This document shows positions 8,716-17,929 of a DNA stretch of 64,000 nucleotides, piece by piece. The notes beneath the pieces were generated by a model, which was given only the letters and a program-made list of their open reading frames with translations, did no database searches and was not told where the DNA came from. Each line of letters opens with the position of its first letter. The stretch's first letter is position 1. The stretch is from positions 384,001 through 448,000 of the forward strand of contig JAIBBX010000001.1 of the NCBI GenBank assembly GCA_019694475.1, written 5' to 3'. This DNA comes from Parachlamydiales bacterium. Its GTDB lineage: Bacteria > Chlamydiota > Chlamydiia > Chlamydiales > SM23-39. The translations under genes and the position numbers were made by a program.

Positions 8716-9938
8716 TTAAGGACCTTTTCCATTTTCTGAACCATTTCTCCTTTGTCAAAGAGATAACCAGTTTTTTTCAGCTGGTTGAATAGATAGCGCA
8801 CTTCCTGCGGAATCTCTTCTTCTTTCATTTCGGAAAAAACGCCGGAAATGAGTGCCCAAATGAGCTCTTCTTCAGGGTAAAGGCGAACAATGTTTAAACG
8901 ATCTGCAATTCCTTGTCTGTCCCATTTTCTTGGTTTCCAAAAGTCCTCTATCAGTTCGTCTCTATTTCTTTTCACAGTAGTTCGATGAGCTAAAATTTCT
9001 AATTCTCCAGGACATTTGATACAAAGATCATTTGGCCAAAAGGGACCTTTGGCACTATTTAATAAATAGTTCCATTGATCTGAAAGCCTGGGCGCATAAT
9101 CTGTAGCACCGCGGCAGAGCCAAAATTTTTTTCTTAAAGGTGCAATTCCGAAGTTGAGGGAATAAAAATATTGCGCTTGCGATGCATCAAGCCATTTCAT
9201 CCAGTGGTCTACCCAATCTTCGGACATATGCTGAAATGAACCGATATTGATGACCCATTCAATCGGCAAACGATGAAGTTCTCCTTCTCGTCCGATCGGG
9301 CAGAGCAAAATATATGGAGGCGCAAAATGTTCAAACTGCTCGGAACACATATGAACGACGGGGATATTCTTCAAGTTGGATTTTAAGAAAATCTCAGCAA
9401 AAAACAGACACTCTGGAAAATCGACTAAAATATAGACGCCTGGAGAAAAAATGGGGTTTTGCATCCAAAGCAAAGCAGAAAATCCATATCCGCTTCCAAG
9501 ATCGCATACGATTTTTGGCCTTCCGACGGTAAGATTTCGAAAAAGAGCCCAGCATTGAAAATAAAAGACATTGCTTACTTTTCTGCCTGAATAATCCAAC
9601 GACAAAGATTCGGTGTAAGGAGATTCCGACATTTGCCTTAAGTCATCAGCAAACATCGGAAATTCAGCTCTCAGATCAGATTCGCAATATGCAGCTCTTT
9701 CAGGAGAGATCCTTTCACGATGATCGAAAGGAATCTGGGTTTGAGCAAAATGGATAGCCTCTCGAACCGTTTTAAAACGGGAGATTTCGGCTAAGCCAAA
9801 AGCCAAATACTTTGGATATTCTTCATCTTTTCTAAAAACAGATTTCGGACATTTTGAAAGGTGTTCTCTAGCCTCATCAAGAATATCACCATTTAAGCAG
9901 CAAACTGTCAGAAGAAAGACAGGAATTCTCATTTGCAA
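8712..9938 (-). CDS. hypothetical protein with class I SAM-methyltransferase-like motif I and a hydrophobic N-terminus
   Basis: 408-aa ORF. IVCDLGSGYGFSAL followed by YILVDFPE resembles methyltransferase motifs I/II. N-terminus is MQMRIPVFLLTVCCLNG. Convergent with tpsB, 4-nt overlap. Function call is weak. Confidence 0.4.
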   Translation of the reverse strand: MQMRIPVFLLTVCCLNGDILDEAREHLSKCPKSVFRKDEEYPKYLAFGLAEISRFKTVREAIHFAQTQIPFDHRERISPERAAYCESDLRAEFPMFADDLRQMSESPYTESLSLDYSGRKVSNVFYFQCWALFRNLTVGRPKIVCDLGSGYGFSALLWMQNPIFSPGVYILVDFPECLFFAEIFLKSNLKNIPVVHMCSEQFEHFAPPYILLCPIGREGELHRLPIEWVINIGSFQHMSEDWVDHWMKWLDASQAQYFYSLNFGIAPLRKKFWLCRGATDYAPRLSDQWNYLLNSAKGPFWPNDLCIKCPGELEILAHRTTVKRNRDELIEDFWKPRKWDRQGIADRLNIVRLYPEEELIWALISGVFSEMKEEEIPQEVRYLFNQLKKTGYLFDKGEMVQKMEKVLN

Positions 9939-9951
9939 ATACCGGAAAAAA

Positions 9952-10620
9952 ATGTATCATTTGCATGTGAAATTAGCTAGCAAGCTTTTAAAATCAGGTT
10001 CTGGCACTCCGATCGTATTTCTTCACGGTTTTCTAGGCAGATCCGAAGATTGGCTTCCCGTTTGTTCCTATTTACCATCTTGCACATGCATCGGCTTCGA
10101 TTTACCCGGCCATGGCGATTCGCCATTCGAGCCAGATTTTACAATCGACATTCCAAAATTCCATCTCGTCGGTTACTCAATGGGCGGACGAATCGCGCTG
10201 CAGCGTTTCCGGACTCAAGCTCTCAGCCTCACACTCCTTTCGATAAACCCGGGTCTGAAAACAGAAGAGGAAAAGCAAGCAAGACTAAAAAACGATGAAA
10301 TGTGGGCGAATCTCCTTTTGCAACTTCCAATTGACGAGTTTCTAAAACGTTGGTACGATCAATCCATTTTTAAACCCTATAAACCCGATTTTGCAACAAG
10401 GCGAAACCAAAACGTTGAAGGACTGGCCAAGGCGCTTATGCATTATAGCTTAGCCAAGCAGGAGCGCATTGAGATCGATGGAGTGCTTGTCGGAGAATGG
10501 GATGTTAAATTCCGCGCCCTTTTCAACCATCCAATCATCATTCCCAACGCAGGACACATGATCCATTTAGAAAACCCAAAAGCCGTTGCAGAAATCATTC
10601 GCATGAGAGCCGCCCTATGA
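9952..10620 (+). CDS. menH: 2-succinyl-6-hydroxy-2,4-cyclohexadiene-1-carboxylate synthase (MenH, alpha/beta hydrolase)
   Basis: [14 protein letters not shown], nucleophile elbow GYSMGGRIA, and C-terminal [15 protein letters not shown] overlap with menB. Confidence 0.7.
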   Translation: MYHLHVKLASKLLKSGSGTPIVFLHGFLGRSEDWLPVCSYLPSCTCIGFDLPGHGDSPFEPDFTIDIPKFHLVGYSMGGRIALQRFRTQALSLTLLSINPGLKTEEEKQARLKNDEMWANLLLQLPIDEFLKRWYDQSIFKPYKPDFATRRNQNVEGLAKALMHYSLAKQERIEIDGVLVGEWDVKFRALFNHPIIIPNAGHMIHLENPKAVAEIIRMRAAL

Positions 10621-11432
10621 CACCCTGGATGCCTTACGGATCGTATACAGACATCAAATACCACAAAATTGAAGGGATTGCCAAAATCACGATCAACCGC
10701 CCTGAAGTGCGCAACGCCTTCCGCCCTCATACCGTCGAAGAGATGCGGCACGCTCTCAATGACGCGCGCAATGACGGCCACGTAGGCGTGATTATTTTGA
10801 CAGGCGAAGGTAAACAGGCCTTTTGTTCCGGCGGAGACCAAAGGATCCGTGGCGATGCTGGCTATTCCGATCTGCATGGCGTGCACCGCCTCAATGTACT
10901 CGATTTTCAAAGAGAAATGCGCGCTTGCCCAAAACCGATCATCGCGATGATCGCAGGCTATGCGATTGGCGGAGGCCACGTGCTGCACGTCATGTGCGAT
11001 TTGAGTATTGCTGCTGACAATGCCGTTTTTGGCCAATGCGGACCGAAGGTCGGCTCCTTCGACGGCGGATTCGGCGCAAGCTATTTGTCCCGTATCGTAG
11101 GACAAAAAAAAGCGCGAGAAATTTGGTTTCTCTGCAGACAATATAATGCTCAGCAAGCTCTTGAAATGGGTCTTGTCAATTGCGTAGTGCCGTACGAGAA
11201 GCTTGAAGAGACAACCATTCAATGGGCGCGGGAGATTTTAGAACATTCTCCGATTGCAATCCGCTGTTTGAAAGCGGCGCTCAATGCCGATTGCGATGGC
11301 CAGGCGGGACTGCAAGAGCTCGCTGGCAACGCCACCATGCTTTATTACATGTCAGAAGAAGGACAGGAGGGACGAAATGCCTTCATTGAAAAGCGCAAAC
11401 CCAATTTCCAACGCTTCCCCAAGCGCCCTTAA
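10617..11432 (+). CDS. menB: 1,4-dihydroxy-2-naphthoyl-CoA synthase (MenB)
   Basis: [20 protein letters not shown] and [27 protein letters not shown] are the crotonase-fold MenB signature. Confidence 0.92.
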   Translation: MTPWMPYGSYTDIKYHKIEGIAKITINRPEVRNAFRPHTVEEMRHALNDARNDGHVGVIILTGEGKQAFCSGGDQRIRGDAGYSDLHGVHRLNVLDFQREMRACPKPIIAMIAGYAIGGGHVLHVMCDLSIAADNAVFGQCGPKVGSFDGGFGASYLSRIVGQKKAREIWFLCRQYNAQQALEMGLVNCVVPYEKLEETTIQWAREILEHSPIAIRCLKAALNADCDGQAGLQELAGNATMLYYMSEEGQEGRNAFIEKRKPNFQRFPKRP

Positions 11433-12261
11433 AGCTTTTTTGCTTGCAAGCCGGCCAAAAACTTGGATTGCATCAGTAAGCCCTGTGTTGATTGGCGCTA
11501 GCTTAACGCCTCGATTGGACGGAACCATATTCCTCCTTACGCTTCTTTTTTCTCTTTTCATTCAAATCGGCACCAATTTTGCGAATGACTACTTTGATTT
11601 CATCAAAGGAGCCGATACAGCGAAACGGCAAGGCCCCAAACGAGCCACCCAGCAAGGATGGATCTCCCCTCAATCGATGTGGATAGCCTGCCTTGTTGTA
11701 TTTGGCTCAGCGGTGCTTTTCGCTATTCCGCTTATGATGATTGCTGGAATATGGAGTTTTTTCCTGGCAGCGCTATGCGTAGCTTTTGGAATTCTTTATA
11801 CCGGGGGTCCCAAACCGCTCGGCTATTTGGGCTTGGGCGAACTCTTTGTTTTTCCATTTTTTGGTCCTATTGCAGCCTGCGGAACTTATTTCCTGCAAAC
11901 AGGAACAGTTTCCATGTCAGTTTTAATTGCAAGCTTAGCTCCTGGCTTTTTATCCTGCGCGATCCTCGTCGCCAACAATCTGCGCGATGAAGAAAATGAC
12001 ATCGCTGCGGGTAAAATGACTCTTGTCGCCCGATTTGGACGCACGTTTGGAGCCATCGAATACACGCTCTGCGTTGTATTTGCAGCATGCGTCCCCTTAT
12101 GGATGATGAACAGCTACCCGAAAGTTCTTTTTGCCTCATCCATAGTTCTACTCGCTCCCTTTAAAACCGTGTTTTCTTCTTCCGATTTGATCCCTGTTTT
12201 GCCAAAAACCGCGCGGCTTTTGATTCTCTACACCCTTATTTTCTGCATTTCCGTATGGTAA
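11377..12261 (+). CDS. menA: 1,4-dihydroxy-2-naphthoate polyprenyltransferase (MenA)
   Basis: UbiA-family membrane protein with [10 protein letters not shown] and [14 protein letters not shown]. Start moved to ATG 11377, with AGGAGG 6 nt upstream. Overlaps menB by 56 nt. Confidence 0.85.
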   Translation: MPSLKSANPISNASPSALKAFLLASRPKTWIASVSPVLIGASLTPRLDGTIFLLTLLFSLFIQIGTNFANDYFDFIKGADTAKRQGPKRATQQGWISPQSMWIACLVVFGSAVLFAIPLMMIAGIWSFFLAALCVAFGILYTGGPKPLGYLGLGELFVFPFFGPIAACGTYFLQTGTVSMSVLIASLAPGFLSCAILVANNLRDEENDIAAGKMTLVARFGRTFGAIEYTLCVVFAACVPLWMMNSYPKVLFASSIVLLAPFKTVFSSSDLIPVLPKTARLLILYTLIFCISVW

Positions 12262-13055
12262 AAGAGCTATACCGCTATAAGCTGCAAAAAAGGGAAGGGC
12301 TCATCCTTAAATGGGATCATGGATTAGGAGAAATCGCTCCCCTTCCTGGTTTTAGCAAAGAAACGCTCTTAGAGGCTGAAACAGAACTCAAAGCATGGGT
12401 TTTGGAGAATCGCTCCCCCACTCTCCCGTCCGCCCGATTTGGAATTGCCTCGGCGCAAAGACCCTTGGAATCAGTGAACCTTCCTCTATGCGCCCTTGGC
12501 TCCAAAAAGGGATTTCCAACTGTGAAACTGAAGACAGGCCATTTATCCATTCCAGATGCGATCCATCTTGCAAAAGATCATCTAAAACTAAAACCCCGGC
12601 TTGATTGCAATAAGGCGTGGAGCTTGGAGCAGGCGCTTGAGTTTGCAAGCCATTTCAAACCGACCGACTTTGATTACCTGGAAGAGCCTGTCAAAAGCGA
12701 AAAAGAGCTGATCGAATTTTCCAAAATCACCCAATTTCCCATCGCTCTCGATGAATCGATCCATATGGACTGGTCTCAAATCCCCTCTCTCAAAACAATT
12801 GTCGTGAAACCGACCATCGTCGGATTTGTTCCAAAAATCCCTCTGAAATACCGGCTGGTTCTCAGTTCCTCTTATGAATCAGGCTTAGGCCTCATCCACA
12901 TTGCCAATCTCGCCAAGGGTCATCTGCCGATCGGCCTCGATACAGTGTTCCAAGACGACCTTTTATTGAATCCAATCCAATGTTCCAACGGCGAATTTGT
13001 ATGGGAAAAATCCGACCCTGTCATTGATTTTGCAAAATTATGCCGTGTCCTTTAA
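12255..13055 (+). CDS. menC: o-succinylbenzoate synthase (MenC, enolase superfamily, short form)
   Basis: VKLKTG, RLDCNKAW, DYLEEP, ALDES and VVKPTIVG. The ATGGTAA junction with menA gives a 7-nt overlap. Confidence 0.75.
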   Translation: MVKELYRYKLQKREGLILKWDHGLGEIAPLPGFSKETLLEAETELKAWVLENRSPTLPSARFGIASAQRPLESVNLPLCALGSKKGFPTVKLKTGHLSIPDAIHLAKDHLKLKPRLDCNKAWSLEQALEFASHFKPTDFDYLEEPVKSEKELIEFSKITQFPIALDESIHMDWSQIPSLKTIVVKPTIVGFVPKIPLKYRLVLSSSYESGLGLIHIANLAKGHLPIGLDTVFQDDLLLNPIQCSNGEFVWEKSDPVIDFAKLCRVL

Positions 13056-14155
13056 GAGAAGCGGCCGCTGATGCGCCGAACCAAATCGCAATCCTTTCGA
13101 AAGACTATTCGCTTACCTATGCTGAGCTCGATCGCCTTGTCGATGAGGTTCCGATCGTCAAAATGTTTTCCGCTTGGCGTAAAGGGTTATCTTATTTTAC
13201 TACGAATCCACGATTTCCCATGCCGAGCATTGAAGGACCGCCTAAAACGCTTCTTCTCTATACTTCGGGCTCTACCGGCACGCCGAAAGCAGCCATCCTG
13301 TCTATGGACAACTTGCTTGCGAATGCAAAAAGCGCTATCCCCGCACTCGATCTAAAACCGGGCGATCAGTGGAAGCTCTCCTTACCTCTTTATCATGTGG
13401 GTGGGATTGGGATTGTGATCCGCTGCATCCTCGCAAGAGCCACCATCGTCTTAGACGACAGCCCCGATATTACACACCTCTCCTATGTCCCAACCCAGCT
13501 CTATCGATCTACGCCTATCTATAAAAAATTACGCTGCCTGCTTTTAGGAGGGGCCCCGATTGTCTCCTACCCTCAAAACCTTCCCATCTATACAACCTAC
13601 GGGCTCACAGAAATGGCTTCAATAGTCGCCCTCAACGGAAAAGTCTTACCCGACCGAGAACTTAAAATTGAGAAGGACCAGGAAATTTGGGTGCGAGGGC
13701 CAACACTATTTCAAGGATATTTTGGCGAGCCTCCCCAAATCGGCTGGTTCCCCACCAAAGATTTGGGAGCATATATCAACGGCAAACTTGAGATTTTGGG
13801 GCGCAAAGACTGGATGTTCATCTCCGGCGGCGAGAATATCCAGCCTGAAGAAATCGAAAAGCATCTCCTCGCCTTCCCCGAAGTCGTGGAAGCAGCTGTT
13901 GTCCCAATCGATGACCCCGAATGGGGCAAAAGACCCGTCGCTGTCCTGGCAGCAAGAAAAACTTTTTCTCTCCAAGAAATGCAAGCTCGTTTGCGAGAAC
14001 ATTTACCAAAATTTAAAATTCCCATCGCGCTCTATTTTTTAGATGAATTGCCTAAAAAAAATAATTTAAAATTGAATCGATTTTTCTTGGCGCAATTTAT
14101 TAAAGACCAGGCAGATCGGAACATGTCTGTGCAAAAAAATGGGCCTTATCTATAA
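13040..14155 (+). CDS. menE: o-succinylbenzoate-CoA ligase (MenE), compact form
   Basis: AMP-binding motifs LLYTSGSTGTPKAA, TYGLTEMAS and GRKDWMFISGGENIQPEEIE. Last gene of the men run. Confidence 0.8.
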   Translation: MPCPLREAAADAPNQIAILSKDYSLTYAELDRLVDEVPIVKMFSAWRKGLSYFTTNPRFPMPSIEGPPKTLLLYTSGSTGTPKAAILSMDNLLANAKSAIPALDLKPGDQWKLSLPLYHVGGIGIVIRCILARATIVLDDSPDITHLSYVPTQLYRSTPIYKKLRCLLLGGAPIVSYPQNLPIYTTYGLTEMASIVALNGKVLPDRELKIEKDQEIWVRGPTLFQGYFGEPPQIGWFPTKDLGAYINGKLEILGRKDWMFISGGENIQPEEIEKHLLAFPEVVEAAVVPIDDPEWGKRPVAVLAARKTFSLQEMQARLREHLPKFKIPIALYFLDELPKKNNLKLNRFFLAQFIKDQADRNMSVQKNGPYL

Positions 14156-14190
14156 TCCGCTGCTTTGTCTAACTTGGTTCGGACTAATAT

Positions 14191-16275
14191 ATGACCTTGC
14201 AAACCCCCACTCCTTTAAGACGGATGTTCGCCCGGTTTTTTCCTCGAAAAGCGGTAGCCGCTTCGGCGCTTCCGCGGGAAGCGATTGAAGGGGATCATTT
14301 GCCTGAGGAACAAAAAAAAGAGTTGGCGCTCCGCTACCTGATTGAGGGCGAGATGGCTCTTTTGCAAGGCAATTTGAGGGCGCTTTCCTGTTTTGAGGCA
14401 TCCTCCAATCTCGATCCGAACAACCCGCAAGTTTGGTACCGCCAGGGTCTTGCTTTCTTCGAGTATGGCTCGGAGGAAGGAAAGGAAAAAGCGCTGCTGT
14501 TAGCGGGGAAAAATTTTAAAATCGCGACCCGCCTAAAGCCCGATTTCTTTGATGCATGGCTTGCTTGGGGCAATGTCCTTCTCCAACTGGGAAGGTTCCA
14601 TGAGGAGCACCATTTTCTACTGGAAGCGCGAGAAAAGTATCAAAAAGCATTAAACCATTCAGCAAGCCAGCCGAAAGAAATTTTAGCTGAGCTGTATTGG
14701 GACTATGGAATTGTTTGGTCGGAGATTGCGCAGCACTCGGGAGAGGCGCTCGATGTGCGGCTTGCCATAGAGGCCTTCCAAACCTCAAAAAATTTCCAAG
14801 AAAAGCCGTCGCCTGAATTTTGGAACGATTGCGGCAAAGCCTATTTGGAAATGGGACTTCTCATCAACGACTCGCGCCTATATCTCCAATCGATCGAGTA
14901 TTTGCAAAAGGCTGTTGAGGGATCCCCCCAATATTTTGATGGCTGGATGTCGCTCGCCGAAGGATTTTCTCAGCTCTACATCAACACGCTTGATGAGCGC
15001 TATGTTGCGAAAGCGTCCGATGCATACGCCATGGCTGCAAAAATGTCCCCATCAGATCCTGAAGTTTGGCTTGGCTGGGGCCAGCTCCTCGGCGAATCGG
15101 GCAAACACAATAGCGATGCGAAATCTTTGCGCCTTGCGATTGAAAAATGCGCACGCGCTGGGCAGCTCGACAAAGAAGATCCTGTCATTCTCAGTCAATG
15201 GGTTGAGAGTCTCTCTATTCTCGGGATGATTACGAACCGGCTTGATCTGATTGTAGAAGCGGAACATAAGGTCATCAAAGCGACCGATCATTTTCCCGAC
15301 GATCCCGATCTTTGGCATGCTTACGGAATCTGCCTGATCGCCTTCGGAAAATATTATGATGATGCCGACTTTTATGAGATGGCGATTGAAAAACTCCAAT
15401 ACGGACTTTCGATCGACCGGAGCGATCCAGAACTTTGGCATGCTCTCGGGCTTGTCCACAAACTCTATGCCGAACTTACGCAAGATGAGGATCTCATCGA
15501 ACGGGCGACCCGCTTTTTCTCAAAAGCGATGGACCTAAAACCTGCATGTCCTGTGCTGCTCTACGACACAGCCTGCTGTCTTTTCGACTTTAGCGAAATT
15601 CTCGACGATCTCCCCTCTCTTGAGCAGTCGATTCTCCTCTTCGAACTTCTCTTAGAAAGCCATAAGAGCGCCCTACTCCATCATCCAAAATGGCTTTATA
15701 GCTATGCATCTGCTCTTGAATGGTTTGGTCATTTTTCTGATGAAGAGGCTCATTTTGCCCGGGCGATTGAGATTTTCTCTCATGTTCTTCTCATCGACCC
15801 AGACTTTCCTGGCATTCACCATAAAACAGCCTCGTGCTACGTGCAGCTGGGTTTAATCGCTGGCGAATCGGAATATTATCGGCGGGCAATCCATTTCTAT
15901 CGGCTCGCCATCCGGGAAAATGAGGAAAACGATCAGGCTTGGCTCGATTGGGGCATTTGCTTGATCCACTTGGCTCATCACACACTCGATACTGACTTCA
16001 TGCATCAGCTCTATATGGATGCAGAACTAAAAATCACCAAAGCGGGAACCCTCGGCAATGAGGGCGCCTACTACACCCTTGCCTGCCTCTATTCGATTTT
16101 AGGCAGAACCCACGAAGCAATGGACCTCGTTCAAAAAGCGCTGCAAGCGCGCACACTCCCGCCCATCGATGAACTCCTCGACGATGATTGGCTCGACAAC
16201 TTACGCGCCACCTCCGCTTTCGTCCACTTTATCAATGCCCTCGAGGCAAAGCTGCAGCAAACCCGCGAAGAATAG
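14191..16275 (+). CDS. tetratricopeptide-repeat (TPR) protein, 694 aa
   Basis: Repeated about 34-aa helical units with W/Y..G.A....G patterns, e.g. AWLAWGNVLLQLGRFHEE, VWLGWGQLLGESGKH and AWLDWGICLIHLAHH. Confidence 0.7.
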   Translation: MTLQTPTPLRRMFARFFPRKAVAASALPREAIEGDHLPEEQKKELALRYLIEGEMALLQGNLRALSCFEASSNLDPNNPQVWYRQGLAFFEYGSEEGKEKALLLAGKNFKIATRLKPDFFDAWLAWGNVLLQLGRFHEEHHFLLEAREKYQKALNHSASQPKEILAELYWDYGIVWSEIAQHSGEALDVRLAIEAFQTSKNFQEKPSPEFWNDCGKAYLEMGLLINDSRLYLQSIEYLQKAVEGSPQYFDGWMSLAEGFSQLYINTLDERYVAKASDAYAMAAKMSPSDPEVWLGWGQLLGESGKHNSDAKSLRLAIEKCARAGQLDKEDPVILSQWVESLSILGMITNRLDLIVEAEHKVIKATDHFPDDPDLWHAYGICLIAFGKYYDDADFYEMAIEKLQYGLSIDRSDPELWHALGLVHKLYAELTQDEDLIERATRFFSKAMDLKPACPVLLYDTACCLFDFSEILDDLPSLEQSILLFELLLESHKSALLHHPKWLYSYASALEWFGHFSDEEAHFARAIEIFSHVLLIDPDFPGIHHKTASCYVQLGLIAGESEYYRRAIHFYRLAIRENEENDQAWLDWGICLIHLAHHTLDTDFMHQLYMDAELKITKAGTLGNEGAYYTLACLYSILGRTHEAMDLVQKALQARTLPPIDELLDDDWLDNLRATSAFVHFINALEAKLQQTREE

Positions 16276-16334
16276 AGCATTTCTGAAAATTTGTTGTTCT
16301 GATCTGCAGCCATAATCTATATTCTTTTTTTAGG

Positions 16335-17627
16335 ATGCGAGCGTCTAAAGGTACTCTCTTTTCTTTTATATATATTTTAGCTCTTTCTATCCTTTGGCTT
16401 TTCTATGCCGACTGGGAAATCAATCGATTTGAGCATCTAGCAAAGGGAATAGGCTCATTTTTTGGATTTGTAGGCTACACATTATTCTCACTGTCCTTCC
16501 TTTTATCTTCTCGCTGGAAACCGCTGGAAAATTGGTTTGGAGGACTCGATAGAATCTACCACTTTCATCGCGTCGTAGGAATCTGTGGGTTTTGTTTCAC
16601 CCTTTTTCACCCGTTGATCATAAGCTTGAAATGGCTCTATCTTTCATTTGATAAATTTTTGTGGTTTACGCTTCCGATGCATGGACGCACGTCCGTAAAT
16701 TTGGGTTCATATGCATATTGGTTAATGATTTTGATACTTGGGATCACAATTTTGAAGCTTCTTCCATATGACAAATGGAAAAAACTTCATAAATTCATGA
16801 CTTTAGTTTTTATTCTAGCAACGTTTCATTTTTTATTTTCTCATCACCTATTTCCTTCATATGCTGACTCAAAATTACTGCTTAGCATTCCATTATTAGT
16901 CGGATCATTTGGCATTATCTACAAACAAATTTATATCCCATTTTTTACAGAGTCCCCCTCATATAAAATCACCAATTTTGAATACATCACCGATACGGTT
17001 ATGGAGATTTTTTTGAGACCTGAAAATAAAAAACTATCATTTATCCCAGGCCAATACGCTTTTTTTACTTTTCAGGGAGAAAACTTATCGTCCGAATCGC
17101 ACCCTTTCACCCTTTGCGGCCAACCTGATGGAACAAATATATCCATTTTGGTTAAAAATCGAGGCGATTTCACAAATGCCCTTTTGCGAAACATTAAAAA
17201 GGGATACTCAGTTTTTATAGAAGGACCATATGGACGATTTGATTACACAAAAGGAAAAAAGTCTCAAATTTGGATCGCCGGAGGGATCGGCATAGTCCCA
17301 TTCATTGTTTGGGCAAAACTTTTATCAAGACAATCTCAAATTGAAACAACTTTATTTTATTGCACTCACAGAAGAGAAGATGCAATCTATCTAAATGAAT
17401 TCGAAAATATAAGCAAATCCAACCCTAATTTCCGCGCACATTATTTCTGTTCAGAAGAAAAAAATCGTATAAATGGCAACAAAGTTTACGAAATATCTGA
17501 AGGGCTAGAAGCTAAAAGTATCTTTATGTGCGGCCCCAAAAGGTTTACCAAGGATTTAAAGCGGCAATTCTCCAAATTAAAAGTAGATAGACGCGACATT
17601 CACTTCGAGGATTTCGATTTCCAATAA
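16335..17627 (+). CDS. NOX/ferric-reductase-like protein: 6-TM di-haem domain fused to an FAD/NAD(P)H (FNR-like) domain
   Basis: Paired His in TM helices (YHFHRVVGICGFCFTLFH; KLHKFMTLVFILATFHFLFSHH). FAD motif HPFTL, then GPYG. NAD(P)H motif IAGGIGIVPF and C-terminal MCGP. The gene is visibly AT-rich. Confidence 0.75.
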   Translation: MRASKGTLFSFIYILALSILWLFYADWEINRFEHLAKGIGSFFGFVGYTLFSLSFLLSSRWKPLENWFGGLDRIYHFHRVVGICGFCFTLFHPLIISLKWLYLSFDKFLWFTLPMHGRTSVNLGSYAYWLMILILGITILKLLPYDKWKKLHKFMTLVFILATFHFLFSHHLFPSYADSKLLLSIPLLVGSFGIIYKQIYIPFFTESPSYKITNFEYITDTVMEIFLRPENKKLSFIPGQYAFFTFQGENLSSESHPFTLCGQPDGTNISILVKNRGDFTNALLRNIKKGYSVFIEGPYGRFDYTKGKKSQIWIAGGIGIVPFIVWAKLLSRQSQIETTLFYCTHRREDAIYLNEFENISKSNPNFRAHYFCSEEKNRINGNKVYEISEGLEAKSIFMCGPKRFTKDLKRQFSKLKVDRRDIHFEDFDFQ

Positions 17628-17649
17628 CCTCAGACCCAAAGCAAGAGAC

Positions 17650-17822
17650 GAACCTATCCTAGTAAAATTTTGGGGGAATTTTTAGCGTGAAAGCTCCGTA
17701 GAATCGACGATACGCGAAAGCTCGCAAGTTGATTCGTATTAATCAATACGGGTCAACTTGCGATCGTCGATTCTATGGGCTTTGACGCAAAAATCATCCT
17801 AAAATTTTACTAGGATAGGTTC
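17650..17822. repeat. 173-bp imperfect palindromic repeat, family A, copy 1
   Basis: Left arm gaacctatcctagtaaaatttt... is the reverse complement of the right arm ...aaaattttactaggataggttc, with centre at ttaatcaa. A second copy at 47703-47875 differs at 8 of 173 positions by my count. Confidence 0.9.
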
Positions 17823-17877
17823 ACTGTTAACGGATTAATTTTTCGTCGCTTTTGTTTGTCCCAAGACCTAAGAAAAT

Positions 17878-17906
17878 TTGCAACATTTCTAGAATTTTGA
17901 TATTCT
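17878..17906 (+). promoter_or_regulatory. candidate sigma-70-type promoter for yidC-dnaA
   Basis: TTGCAA-N17-TATTCT lies 24 nt upstream of the yidC ATG. Sequence match only. Confidence 0.3.
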
Positions 17907-17929
17907 TAGACAATTATATTGAGAGGCCC

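Noticed and set aside
10443-11222. 259-aa ORF antisense to menH/menB
   Set aside because: menB on the plus strand is one of the best-supported calls in the window. The antisense ORF has no motif and no RBS, and it spans a gene junction.
17852-17929. N-terminal extensions in the ORF track: yidC from TTG 17852, and likewise dnaA 19738, kinase 20990, menA 11284, CNNM 31730, lgt 48786, PIN/TRAM 49455, acpS 50638, fabG 61919 and fabH 63821
   Set aside because: In each case the conserved protein family starts at an internal ATG. That ATG has a Shine-Dalgarno sequence or forms an ATGA overlap with the upstream stop. The extensions overlap the upstream gene or a repeat.
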